A stretch of DNA of 64,000 bases from Eledone cirrhosa (taxonomy: Eukaryota). Shown here piece after piece: positions 42,232 through 55,036 of this stretch; positions within the stretch are counted from its first letter, which is position 1; every line of letters starts with the position of its first letter. The DNA is taken from the NCBI GenBank assembly GCA_964016885.1, contig OZ024748.1, forward strand, positions 17,236,001 to 17,300,000. The letters run 5' to 3'. Both the position numbers and the translations under genes were made by a program. Under the pieces are notes generated by a model that was given only the letters and a program-made list of their open reading frames with translations, did not search any database and had not been told where the DNA came from.

Positions 42232-42417
42232 ATATCCAGTGCTTTTATCGAGAATGACACAGCTAGAGACTTATAGAATACTTAGCTGTGTACAGGAACT
42301 GGTTTGAAAGAGCGGTTGCCGGTCCGGCAGAAATTAGAAATTGGAATAAATGCTCTGAAATAGCGATATATATATATATATATATATATAACACACATAT
42401 ATATATATATATATACA

Positions 42418-42686
42418 TAGTTACAACAGTGACATACACAAGCACTTAAGTTTCATTGGGTTATACGCCCCAACTCATTCAGCCTGTTATATAAAAAGAA
42501 AATGGCTACTCCTGTGGTTGATCAGAAGTTTTTAGAAAAAAATTCAAGAGTTCTTCAAGGGCAGGTAATTTCGAACCTACAATCAACCTTGCATGTAGCC
42601 ATTTTCTTTTTGGATAACAAGCCAAATGAGTTGGGGTGTATAACCCAATGGAACTTAAGTACCTGTATATCTCACTGTTGTAACTA
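42418..42686. mobile_element. Fold-back island, ~92-bp diverged arms, with decayed hammerheads
   Basis: 42418-42509 vs 42595-42686. Arm consensus acagg-ctgaatga-gttggg..cccaat-gaaa-c-ttaa-g-ta-cctgt. Confidence 0.8.
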
Positions 42687-43261
42687 ATTATACTTAACTC
42701 TTCCTATGAACTGAGTGCTCTTACCTTTGGATATTTCTACCAAACTTATCCTACCTTATATATATATATATATACTACAGTATATATATATATATTGTAT
42801 TATATTGTATATATTTATATATATATACTAACTTTAATTTTATACCTAATTGTGTATGGTTGACGGTATATTTAATCAATTTCCACGTGCTATTGAAATG
42901 TTGAGTAAATATTCTATAGCGGTTGATCGCGAATAGATTGCTGTCGTTTATTTATCTTCTATTTCTTCATAGGTGCCTTTTAATCTTATAGCCTGGTTTA
43001 ATTGGATTTTTCTGTGGTTGATTATGCTAATTGGGAGAGGAAATGGTGTGTATATATTATCAAATGATTCTATGGATATACTTTATAGTATATATATATA
43101 TATAATTATTTAATAAACAACACAATATAATTATTCCATTACCCAAGGTTTTGTGAAGTTAGACGATTCTAACAGAAACGTCAGAGTTCGTTCATCAGAT
43201 GAAATATCTTTATTTCATAATTAAATAGCTCTTTCCTTTACCTTTTCTATGGAAATACTTA

Positions 43262-43326
<65 letters not shown>

Positions 43327-43335
<9 letters not shown>

Positions 43336-43445
43336 ATCAGGAAAGAAGAGTGACACGGTTTGCTATACAAAAAAGGTTTTTAATCTCCTTAAAAACCTTT
43401 TTTGTATAGCAAACCGTGTCACTCTTCTTTCCTGATTTATTATTA
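43327..43445. repeat. Perfect palindrome, 57-bp arms, 5-nt loop, at the start of a TA-flanked island running to about 43610
   Basis: 43327-43383 vs 43389-43445. Confidence 0.93.
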
Positions 43446-43990
43446 CTCCAAGTGTTTACAGCATAGGAATTACAGCATACTCGCAGCATCACTATGGCAA
43501 CGCCTTGTTGAGTCAAACTTAGCCAAGCGTTGATATCATCCACTACCCGGAGTACCATAACTGGACTACACCTAAGTGGACTGCATATAACTATTATTTG
43601 TTACCCCGTATATATATATATTCCAGTCCTTCCCTAGAAGTCTTATATATTTTTATGTGGGCTGATAGTGAACGGATTAAGGAATTGCAGAAACCCAAGA
43701 AGCTAGATTTAACATCCTTCTAGCGGGTCCGGGTAAGTTTTTTACATTCATTTAAATTATTGATTTATTGATATTTTATTTGAGTGACCCGAATCTTCCT
43801 GGTCGTTCTTTTTCGGCTGCACGGGTGATTTTAGGCATAATCTCTATGTGTTGGTAATTTAACGATAGTTATAGCTCTGATTTATCCAAATTATTGAGCC
43901 CTCTGCCACTCATATCGGATATTGTTTATCGTTAATTCGTGAGCTGATTTTCCGATACTCGATTATTCTATTATATATATATATATATAT

Positions 43991-44254
43991 AGTTGTAGTG
44001 TTGCAAGGTAAATGGGTCCATAGGCGGTATGCCGGTTGAGCACTTGATGCTCACACAGAGCAGAGTATAATATTATAAAGAACGAGGAATCAGTGTTACA
44101 TCATCTCACACTTATTAACATATCAAATATGTTTCTCTGTCCATCAGCTCGAGTTGGGTCGATCTGTAACAGATCTTGCCTCGAGCTGATCAACGGATAA
44201 ACATATGTAATACATTAATAAATGTGAGATGATGCAACACTGATTCTTCATTCC

Positions 44255-44262
<8 letters not shown>
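43991..44262. mobile_element. Fold-back island (family of 6800 and 37352)
   Basis: Arms about 44070-44152 vs 44180-44262 (gaatcagtgttacatcatctcaca / tgtgagatgatgcaacactgattc). (TA)n on both sides. Confidence 0.8.
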
Positions 44263-44315
<53 letters not shown>

Positions 44316-44957
44316 ATCTTTGTGTGGCTGTTTTGTCTAATGACATCAACAACAGCTGCTACATAAGGTAGAATACTTTAACCCGGTTTTGACCATATTG
44401 CTAATGAAACACACTGTATTCTAATTAATTAATGAAGCTTTAGGAGTGTTTTATTATAATTATGAATTATTTCATTAAGATTATATTTACAACATAACTT
44501 AACAAAGGATACTTATATCAAAGTTTTCACTTAATTAGGAACATTTTAAAATGCATAGTTTTCTTTCCTAGATCCAGAAACCTTTTGAGCAGGTTGACAT
44601 TAAATGGGTTAATGTGGTGGAAAGTTAGGTATGGTTCACCCCCACCCCACCCCCACCACAAATAACAAAAAGTTCCAATCATATAATTCTTACAAAATAT
44701 ATAACCAACAATACACCAGAAATTTAATTGGAAGCACCTGTATGTTCCCACAAATTGTAATATCGTTTTTAATTTCTATTTGGGACTGTTTTACTGAAAT
44801 TATTATTATTATTGTTGTTATTGTTTTCCCTTTCCCTTTTCCTTCAGTATTGTTTCTGTTATATGCCGAGTGTCTTCCTGACACCTAAGGCAACTAATGT
44901 CACTGTATACATTGGTAAGCCAGTTAACACACCAAATTGATTATAATTCTCACAGAG

Positions 44958-45272
44958 ACACAGTGTTCTTCTCAATACGTGTGCAGTATAAGTTAAAACA
45001 ATGTTTTGTACCTCTTGCAGAGAGGGTAAACCAGGGATCATTCTCAAATACTGTTCTGTTCCTTTCTTGATCACTGGTATTGTAACAGCCTTGAGGTGTC
45101 ACATTTTTTCAATTTCAATGTGCAGATCTTTATATTTTCTGAGCTTGTCAAATTCTTTTGCCGCGATATTGTGATCACATGGGATGCTCATATCAATCAA
45201 TAAACAGACCTTGTTATGTTGGTCTTTTACAATGATGTCAGGTCTATTTGCTTTTATGGTCCGGTCGGTGTT
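44958..45272 (-). mobile_element. R4/Dong-like non-LTR retrotransposon 3' fragment (restriction-like endonuclease)
   Basis: Minus strand TDRTIKANRPDIIVKDQHNKVCLLIDMSIP..NIAAKEFDKLRKYKDL and ..EVQNIVL..TAHVLRRTL, a PD-(D/E)xK-type motif. One in-frame stop. Confidence 0.82.
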
Positions 45273-45274
45273 GT

Positions 45275-46325
45275 TAGACTTCCCCTAAAATTGCTGGCTT
45301 TGTGCCTATAATAGAAACCATTATTATTATCATTAGGGCTGTGGATTAGCAGAATTGGTCAGATAGCCCGCTTTGTGGCATAGAGTTACGGCCCTTTACA
45401 TTCTCAAGGACGGTGGATTGGCAGTATTGGTAGAGGGTCAGACGCCATGCTTTGCAGCATAGAGTTATGGCCCTGAGTTCAAATCCCACCGAGGTTAACT
45501 TTGCCTTTCATCCTTACAGGGTCGATAAAATAAAGTACCAGTTATGCACTGGTGTTGATTTCATTGACTTTCCTCTCCACCAAAATTGCTGGCCTTGTGC
45601 CTAAATAAGAAACCATTATTATTATTATTATTAGGGCTGTGAATTGGCAGAATTGGTCAGACAGCCTGCTTTTTGGCATAGAGTTACGGCCTTTTACATT
45701 TTCAAGGATGGTGGATTGGCAGAGGGTCAGATATCATGCTTTGCAGCATTCAGTTACGGCCCTTTACATTCTCAGTTCAAATCCTGTTGAGGTTAGCTTT
45801 GCCTTTCATCCTTACAGGGTCAATAACAAAGTATTACTAACACACTGGGGTCGATTTAATTGATTTTGCCCTCCCATTAAATTGTTGGCCTTGTGCCTAA
45901 CTTAGAAATCATTATTATTTTGGCAGAATCGGTAGAGGGCTGGACGCCATGCTTTCTAGCATAGTTACGTCCCTTTACGGTCTGAGTTCAAATTCCGTCA
46001 AGGTTAACTTTGCCTTTCATCCTTACGGGATCGATAAAATAAAGTACCAGTAATGCACTGGGATAATTTCTGGCCTTGTGTTAAAAGTAGAAACAATTAT
46101 TATTATTATTATTGGAATAGATTGGCAGAGTTGTTAGAATGTCAGAGAAATAATACTTCACTGCATTTGTTCTGGCACTTTACATTCTGAGTTCAAATCA
46201 GGCTGAAGTCAAATTTACTGTTTATCCCCCTGGGGTCAATAAAATTAAGTATCACTTAACCATTGACTTGTATATAATCAACTTTTCTCCTTTGCCCAAA
46301 TTGTTGGCCTTGTGCAAATGTAAGA
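45275..46325 (+). mobile_element. Tandem cluster of SINE family B copies and fragments
   Basis: At least four gcctttcatcc/ggccttgtg modules separated by (TTA)n tails. Confidence 0.85.
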
Positions 46326-46469
46326 AAAGTCCTTATAATTCCTATATTTGTCAAGTACATTTTAGAATGAGACTTGATTAGCTGGGTTTCATTGTTGACA
46401 AATTGCCACCTAAACATTGGTATATACTAATATAATAGACTTGTGTATTTGTCCATCACAAACTAGAGA

Positions 46470-46630
46470 TAACTGGGGAAGGAAGGGGTGATTATGTTGA
46501 CTGAGGAAGGAAGGGTGGTTATGTCAACTGAGGAAGGAAGGGGTGGTTATGTCAACTGAGGAAGGAAGGGGCGATTATGTTGACTGAGGAAGGAAGGTGT
46601 GATTACATCGACTGAGGAAGGAAGGGGTGT
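46470..46630. repeat. ~28-29-bp minisatellite (ctgaggaaggaagggg...)
   Basis: Five to six copies. Confidence 0.85.
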
Positions 46631-46964
46631 CTAATATACACACATCTAGGTGATGAGAGGGTGAGAAACTATAGAAGTCCAGCGTTCTAAGATTCATCAC
46701 AGCTGTATGTTTGTATGCTCGTATCACTTGTGTCTGAGTGAGTAAGTGTGAAGGAACCAACCAACAAACAAGCAAACATCCCTTTTTTATATTATGTATA
46801 GATATTACAATTAGCCTTCATGTTTTATGGCACAGGGCCAGCTAGTAATTCTTATATTTGTCAAGTATATTTTAGAATGTGACTCAGTTAGTTGGGTTTC
46901 ACTTTTGAGAAACTGCCTCTAAACATTGGTTTAATTCATATATTTGTCAAGTACATTTTAGAAG

Positions 46965-47200
46965 GTGAATGCACGTGGCTTAGTGGTTAGAGAGTTGGGT
47001 TTACAATCATGAAGTTGCGAGTTCAATTCTCGGACCAGGTGATGCGTTGTGTCCTTGAGCAAGACACTTTATTTCACGTTGCTCCTTCTACCAGGAGTTG
47101 CAACTGGTAGATAGTATCAGCAATGGAAAGCCCAATGGAAACATTGTTTCCTTGGTCCGATTTGACAAGGTCCACCCCACTCGGCAAGCAAATGAGGTCT
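46965..47200 (+). mobile_element. SINE A3
   Basis: Matches 16676. Confidence 0.8.
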
Positions 47201-48105
47201 GGGATCTTGTTGATCAATCAGAACAACATTTTAGAATGTGACCTGGCTTGTGCTTCATTTTTGAGAAAAAGGCTCCTAAACTAATTCTTATATTTAACTT
47301 CATTTTAAAATGAGTCTCAGTGAGTCATGTTTAATTTTTGAGAAAATAACCCCTAAACTAATTCTTATATTTAAGTTAATTTTAAAATGAGTCTTAGTGA
47401 GTCGTGTTTCATTTTTGAGAAACTGTCGCCTAACCATTAGTAATTCTTTCAACTTTATACTTGTATCTCTTCTCCACTTCTTTAAAGATTGTCCATTTAT
47501 CTGTTAATGCAATGTAGCTAATGGCTGCAATTTATTCTCCAAGACAAGTGAATGACCTCTTCTTCTTCATCACCATTGTTGATCTTTTCTAATGTTTTAA
47601 CTATTGAAGAATTTTAATTGTCATTTGAAACTTCTCTCATATTCCTCCTTTCTTTCATCCTTTCATCTTGCTTCTTTTTTTCATCTTCCTCCTTCCTTCT
47701 TTCTTTTTCTTCATTCCATCTTCCTTCTTTCTTCTTCCTTCTTTCCATCTTCCTTCTTCTTTCTTCTTCATTTTCCTCATTTTTTTTTTTTTTTCTGTTT
47801 CCTTCTTTTTCCTTCATTTTTCTTCTTTTTCTTCATTTTCAAGAGTTACACCAGGTGAAACCTTGTATTATATTTAACTCATAGTTAGACTATTGTGAAG
47901 CTGCATGGCTTAGTGGTTAGTATTTTCAACTCATCTTTAAATAGTCAGTTCAGTTCCTTGGAGTAACATTGTATCCTTGAGCAAGACACTTTATTTCATG
48001 CAATTCCAGTCCACTCAGCTGCACAAAATGTCAGCATGTGGACAATTAGAAAATGATCTACTAACCACTGTAAAGCAAAGAGAAGTAAGTTGATACAGAA
48101 AAAGT

Positions 48106-49022
48106 GGAGGTGTGCGGCCTAGTGGTAAGGGTGTTGGACTTACAATCATAATGTTGTGTGTTGTGTTCTTGAGCAAAACAAGTCATTTCACATTGCTCCA
48201 GTATAGCCCTCTGAAAGTGAGTACCAGCAGCAATAGCTAGGGGTTTAATCCTGTGATGGACTGGTGTCCTGTCCAGGGAGGTGTCTAGTAGTCTCAGTTG
48301 CTTAATACCATGGAAACCAAAATAAGCACCGGTCTGATGAGCCTCCAGATTCAAGACACTCTTTAACCTATAATGGACCGGCATCCTGTCCAGGGAGGTG
48401 TTTTGTAGTCTCAGTTGCTTAACACCACTGAAACCGGATACGCACCAGTCTGTCCTGAGCATCCATGCTCAGGACAGACTTTAGCCCTGTGATGGACTGG
48501 CATCCTGTCCAGGGAGGTGTCTGGTAGTCTCAGTTGCTTAATGCCACTGAAACCTGGATAAGCACCATTCTGATGAGCCTTCAGACCTTTATGGACTAGT
48601 GTCCTGTCCAGGGAGCTGTTTTGTAGTCTTAGTTGCTTAAAGTCACTGAAATCGAGATAAGCACCAGTCTGGTGAGTCTTTAGGCTTGAGGCAGACTTTA
48701 ACCCTATAATGGATTAGTGTCCTGTCCAGTGGGTTGTCTGGTAGTCTTAGTTGCTTAAAGTCACTGAAATCGAGATAAGCACCAGTCTGGTGAGTCTTTA
48801 GGCTTGAGGCAGACTTTAACCCTATAATGGATTAGTGTCCTGTCCAGTGGGTTGTCTGGTAGTCTTAGTTGCTTAAAGTCACTGAAACATGGATAAGCAC
48901 CGGTCTGATGAGCTCCATGCTCAGGACAGACTTTAACCCTGAAATGCACTGGCATCCTGTCCTGTGAATGTTTGGTAGTCTCACTTGCTTAATGCCATGG
49001 AAATCTCCAGACTCAAGACAGG
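48106..49022 (+). mobile_element. SINE head followed by about 6.5 tandem copies of its ~120-bp 3' module
   Basis: Head ggcctagtggtaagggtg..cttgagcaaaaca, then repeated atggactgg..cctgtccagggagg..cagttgcttaa..gaaac..gataagcacc. Confidence 0.75.
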
Positions 49023-49515
49023 TTTTGACATTTTTTTAGACATAAATATTGGAACATCAAATGAGCAATGAAAACATTTATATAACAATAAAGCAATATG
49101 GTGGGGCAACTAGAAAATAATTGCTAACCACTGTAAAGCAAAGAAAAATTAGTTAGTATGCTCTATGACCATACACTACTACAAAGAAAAAATCTAAATC
49201 ATAAGAAATAATTATGACAATAAGGAAAGTCATAACTAGTTGAATCATTGTTACTTGTTAACCATAAAATTGCTAACTATTGTATATTGGGTTCAATAGA
49301 ATCTTTCAAATATCAAAAAATTCCAATCAATATTAGCAATTTTTTAAAATTATATTCGCTCTACTGATAGTTAGAAATTTAATGAGATTTTTCTTGGAAA
49401 TATTTTAACTACCATATTATTACAAGTGCTTATAATCGTTAACATTATCACTCTCATTTAATTACAATTTTTATTATCCTTATTAGAATACTACTACTAC
49501 TACTACTACTACTGC

Positions 49516-50495
49516 TACTGGTACTCTATTTTATCAACCCTGTAAGGATGAAAGGCCAAGGTTAACTTTGCCTTTCATCCTTACGGGGTTGATAAAATAG
49601 AGTACCAGTAATGCACTGGGGTAATTGCTGGCCTTGTGCCAAAAGTAGAAACAATTATTAGTATTATTGTTGTTTTTAATATCATCATTATTAGTGTTAT
49701 TATTATTATTATTGGCAGTGGATTGGCAGTATCGGTAGAGGGTCGGGCGCCATGCTTTCCAGCATACTTACGTCCCTTTACGATCTGAGTTCAAATCCCG
49801 CCGAGGTTGACTTTGCCTTTCATCCTTACGGTGTCGATAAAATAAAGTACCAGTAATACACTGGGTAATTGCTGGCCTTGTGCCAAAAGTAGTAACAATT
49901 ATTATTAGTATTATTGTTGTCATTAATATCATAATTATCATTATTAAAATTATTATTAGTATTATCATTATTAGTAGTGTTATTAGTTTTATGATTCATC
50001 TCATTCTTTCTTTGTTGTTGTTCTTCTTCTTTTTCGTAGTATTACTATTATTATTATTATTGTTAGTAGTAGTAGGGTGGTGGATTGGCAGTATCGGTAG
50101 AGCATCGGACGCCATGCTTTGTCAGCATAGAGTTACGGCCCTTTATGATCTGAGTTCAAATCCCGCCGAGGTTAACTTTGCCTTTCATCCTTACGGGTTC
50201 GATGAAATAAAGCACCAGTAATGCACTGGGGTCAATTTAATCGACTTTCCCCTCCCCCAAAATTGCTGACCTTGTGCCTATATAAGAAACCATTATTAGT
50301 AGCAGGGCGGTGGATTGGCGGTATCCGGTAGAGGGTCGGACACCATGCTTTGACGCATAGTGTTACGGCCCTTGCCATTCTGAGTTCAAATCCCGCCGAG
50401 GTTAACTTTGCCTTTCATCCTTACGGGGTCGATAAAATAAAGTACCAGTAATGTACTGGGTAATTGCTGGCCTTGTGCCAAAAGAAGAAACAATT
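49516..50495 (+). mobile_element. Cluster of SINE family B copies, the first with an inverted 5' duplication
   Basis: Copies near 49560, 49715, 50074 and 50305. Confidence 0.85.
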
Positions 50496-50499
50496 ATTA

Positions 50500-51275
50500 T
50501 TAGTAGTAGTAGCAGCAATAGTAATAGCAGTAGTAGTGGTAGTAGTAATAGCAGTAGTAGTACCAGTAGTAGTAATAGTAGTAGTAATAGTGGTAGTAGT
50601 AGTAGTGGTACCAGTAGTAGTAGTGGTGGTGGTGGTGGTGGTGGTTATTTTGTCATCACATCATTATTATTATTCCATTAAAGAAATCATTGTTACTGTC
50701 AATGTTGTAGTAGTTACCTCCACCACCACCACCACTACTACCACCACCACCACTACTACTACTACCACCACCACCACTACTACCACCACCACCACTACCA
50801 CCACCACCACCACCACCACCACCACCACCACCACCACCACTACTACCACCACCACCACCACTACTACTACCACCACCACCACTACTACCACCACCACCAC
50901 TACCACCACCACCACCACCACCACCACCACCACCACCACCACTACTACTACCACCACCACCACCACCACCACCACCACTACCACCACCACCACCACCACC
51001 ACCACCACCACTACTACTACCACCACTAATGCTACTACCACCACAACTACTACTGCAGCTGCTGCTGCTGTTACTGCTACCATCACTACAACTACTACTA
51101 CTACTACTACTACCACCACTACTACCACCACCACCACCACCACCACCACCACTACTACCACCACCACCACCACCTACTACTACTACTGCTACTACCACCA
51201 CAACTACTACTGCAGCTACTGCTACTGCTACCATCACTACAACTACTACTACTACTACTACCACCACTACCAACA
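50500..51275. repeat. (TAG)n and (ACC/ACT)n trinucleotide repeats
   Basis: Directly visible. Confidence 0.93.
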
Positions 51276-51889
51276 TTCCTCTTCCTCCTTTAGTTTTTAT
51301 ATAGTTTTATACTTTAACATTCCATAAAATGTCTCTCACTCTCTCACATACCAAAGGAAGTATTTTACCCCCAATGTTAGTTTAGTTTAGTTTATTTCAA
51401 TTATTCCATATTTTAATTATTCCATATTTTCTTAACATTTTATATTTATTTCTAGTTTTATTTTATCTTTATTATTTTTATTTTTACTGCTCTATCGTCA
51501 AAGAAAATTATTGAAAGTTGTCTACAAGAATTTAGTTAAGCCATAAAATTTTGGAGAAAATGATCTTGATGGTGGTAATGGTGGTGATGGTGGTGCAGGT
51601 GCTGGAACAAAAGCGCTACCTAAAGTTTCAAGGCCCAATATTGACCATATCTCCAGAATGTTAAGGGATCAAAATTGTAATTTTCAGGTGCTTATATAAT
51701 TTTAAAAGTAACTAGACCACCTTTGACCAGTTGGGTCACATTCACTTAAAAATATTTTTTTTAAATCATGTTCACAATAATTTTTACAGCTCTCTCTCTC
51801 TCTCTCTTTCAATCTACTGTCTCACAACCACTATCTCTTTCTCTCAATTTTTCTCTATATATATATATACATATGAAGGTAATCAGAAG

Positions 51890-52075
51890 AACTCTAGCCA
51901 GAATTCTCTCACCTCTTTCTGTTCAAACCAGTCATAACTGGCTGCACATAACGATGTTAACATTGTTCTCAAGATAAATATCAAACTCTCGTGGATCTCG
52001 ATATTATGTGAGATAAAGCCTTTTCTGTGAAAATACAATAGTAAATATAGAGTAATGTGAATGCTAAAGGATTAA
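51890..52075. mobile_element. Partial piggyBac-type MITE
   Basis: gccagaattctctcacctctttctgttcaaac...aatgctaaagggattaa. Confidence 0.7.
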
Positions 52076-52138
52076 TATTGCTATTTTTCATAACAATCTG
52101 TCCACTGATACAGATACAACAAGCATTTGAATTGTTAA

Positions 52139-52614
52139 CCCTTAAGCATTTAAACCGGCTGTAACCAGCCAGAATTCTCTACCCCTTTCTGTTCAAACTG
52201 GCTGTAACCAGCCAGAATTCTCTCACCTCTCTCTGTTCAAACTGGCTGTATCCAGCCAGAATTCTCTCACCTCTCTCTGTTCAAACTGGCTGTAACCAGC
52301 CAGAATTCTCTCACCTCTTTCTGTTCAAACTGGCTGTAACCAGCCAGAATTCTCTCACCTCTTTCTGTTCAAACTGACGGTAAATGGCCAGAATTCTCTC
52401 ACCTCTTTCTGTTCAAACTGGCTGTAACCAGCCAGAATTCTCTCACCTCTCTCTGTTCAAACTGGCTGTAACCAGCCAGAATTCTCTCACCTCTTTCTGT
52501 TCAAACTGGCTGTAAATGGCCAGAATTCTCTCACCTCTTTCTGTTCAAATGTAAGATAAAGCCTTTACCATGAAAATATAATAGTAAATATAAAGTAATG
52601 TAAACATTAAAGGG
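52139..52614. mobile_element. piggyBac-type MITE containing a 44-bp x ~9 internal minisatellite
   Basis: TTAA|cccttaagcattt ... aacattaaaggg|TTAA. Unit aaactggctgtaaccagccagaattctctcacctctttctgttc. Confidence 0.88.
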
Positions 52615-53134
52615 TTAAATCAGTTTTCAGACATTTTCTGCTAAACCATTAAATGATGTAAAGAGTTAACATTTGAAGTTTAGAAATAACTTTTTTAAAC
52701 AAGAACACCAGACAAAAAACAACAACAACAACAGTGCTGACTATAATTGCTAACCTGAGTTTGTTTGTTTTTGTTTTTGTTCTTGAGTTGAAAACATATT
52801 TCATTGGGGGATAATAGTCAAATATTCTTCTTAGAATCTCTCTCGGTTCCATACATTATATGGCTGTGTTTATTAGCTTTAATGAAATACCAAATCTCTC
52901 AAGTAAACATTCAGGAATTTATTATTTATTTTGAAATTACTGGAACATGTCACTGATATCTTTGGCTAGCGGAAATAATCAGCATATGAGAGGCAGAAGA
53001 ATTGTGACACTTTTTAAATCGAAAAGACATCATCATCATCACTGTTTAATGTCCATTTTTCCCTGTTAGCATGGGTTAGCCGAGTTGTCCTGTTGTGAGA
53101 CAAGCCATATGTATATGTATGTATACATATAGGT

Positions 53135-53328
53135 AACACGGTAAAAAGTTCCCAGTTCCACACTGTAAATGTGGTTGGTGTTAGGAAGGGCATCCAGCCG
53201 TAGAAAACCTGCCAGATAGTCCAATATGAGTGGGACATGGTCACCCGACCAGCCTTGCCTCAAGTGGGACAACTCCCATCTAACCCATGCTAGCGTGGAA
53301 GATGGACGTTAAATGAAGATGATGATGA
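53135..53328 (+). mobile_element. 3' half of a related RTE-tailed SINE (family C)
   Basis: gtggttggtgttaggaagggcatccagc...ccatgctagcgtggaa..gacgttaaatga. Second copy at about 54715-54915. Confidence 0.7.
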
Positions 53329-53430
53329 TATATATATGGCTGTCAGGGTCCTGACACTTTTCCTATTACCCTAAGTATTGAGTACTCTGGTGCTTTATGG
53401 TCCCCCTGGTATCTTACCACACCTTCTTTG

Positions 53431-53467
<37 letters not shown>

Positions 53468-53526
53468 GTCAGTTGTTGGTTTTTAAAACAAGGAGATATA
53501 CATATATATATATACATATGTATATA

Positions 53527-53592
<66 letters not shown>

Positions 53593-53642
53593 GATGAATT
53601 AGTTTCGCAAGGTTTTTGATATGAAATTGTGTGTCGAAACAA

Positions 53643-53742
53643 ATATTGTTATACTTGGGGAGGGTCAAACAGTGAGTGTGTTCTGTTATTAATTCTGGCA
53701 ATATTATTACACAAATATGACCCTCCCCAAGTATAACAATAT
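53643..53742. repeat. Short fold-back (25-bp arms) in a TA-flanked island, with a non-folded homologue at 54505-54582
   Basis: atattgttatacttggggagggtca / tgaccctccccaagtataacaatat. Confidence 0.8.
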
Positions 53743-53773
53743 ATATATATGTATATCTGTATATATATATATA

Positions 53774-53804
<31 letters not shown>

Positions 53805-53812
<8 letters not shown>

Positions 53813-54185
53813 TAAAATAACAGATTAAAGTTTAAGCAAAGAATCGCTGCTTTCACCCTTAATGGGGTCTTCTGAAACTAACAAAGTCAATCTGTGAACG
53901 CAGAAGTGAATATTTCAAAAAACGTTGCAACCGGAGGAAGACAGGAAGACGATACTTTGGTTCATGGAAATGTTCCCTGGCAAAGAATGGGAAAAAACGA
54001 ATATAATACGTCATTATTTGGAGCGGTGAAAAACAATTACACGCAAAGACAAAACCCGTTAAGGGTGAAAGCAGCGATTCTTTGCTTAAACTTTAATCTG
54101 TTATTTTAATAAATATTTGCTCTACGGTTCTTATATATTTGATATATATTTATCCTTATCGAGCCCTCTTTGGATTTTAGTCTTC
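53805..54185. mobile_element. Fold-back island, same family as 11192, opposite orientation, ~180-bp spacer
   Basis: Arms about 53805-53866 vs 54055-54116. The tail 54117-54185 is the reverse complement of about 11193-11261. Confidence 0.85.
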
Positions 54186-54630
54186 TAATTTATTATTATT
54201 ACTATATATATATATATGTATATATAAACATATACATATATATATATACACACATACGTATACATATATATATATGTTTACACACACACACATATATATA
54301 TATATACACACACACACATACGTATATATGGCGTAGATATACAATACCATTGATGATGTAGCAGATGTGCAACGAAAGGACTTTGTTAGACTATATATAT
54401 ATGTGTTTATATCTGTATTTTTGACCGTTGGTCAGTCAATGATAAACATTGATGGCCAAATGAATTAACTGTGGAGATATAAAAGATACAGAAGCGAAAA
54501 CCAACCAAACACTGAGTGTGTTCTGTTATTATTTCTGGCAATATTATTACAACAATATGACCCTCCACAAGTATAACAATATATATATATATAAACATAC
54601 ATATATGTATGTACACATATATATATATAT

Positions 54631-54687
<57 letters not shown>

Positions 54688-54918
54688 ATACGCCAGACAG
54701 TCCACGCTGAAATGTGGCCGTGTAGGCAACACGGTAAAAACCTCCCAGACCCACACTGTAAATGTGGTTGGTGTTAGGAAGGGCATCCAGCTGTAGAAAA
54801 CCCGCCAGACAGTCCTATGCGAGCAAGACAATCACTCTTGCCTCAAGTGGGAAAACCCCCGTCCAAACCCATGCAAGCGTGGAACAGGGACGTTAAATGA
54901 TGATGATGATGATGATAT

Positions 54919-54949
<31 letters not shown>

Positions 54950-54998
54950 ATATATATATTATATATATATATTATATATATATTATATATATATTATA

Positions 54999-55036
<38 letters not shown>

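Noticed and set aside
44382-44608. TTAA-ccc...ggg-TTAA bounded segment as another piggyBac MITE
   Set aside because: Terminal complementarity beyond three bases is weak and no second copy was recognised.
47455-47605. Exon-like minus-strand stretch
   Set aside because: Stops in all three frames and no recognisable protein.
48310-48920. gaaac...ctgatgag in tandem units as possible hammerheads
   Set aside because: Could not form stem I or a valid stem III/NUH junction by eye.
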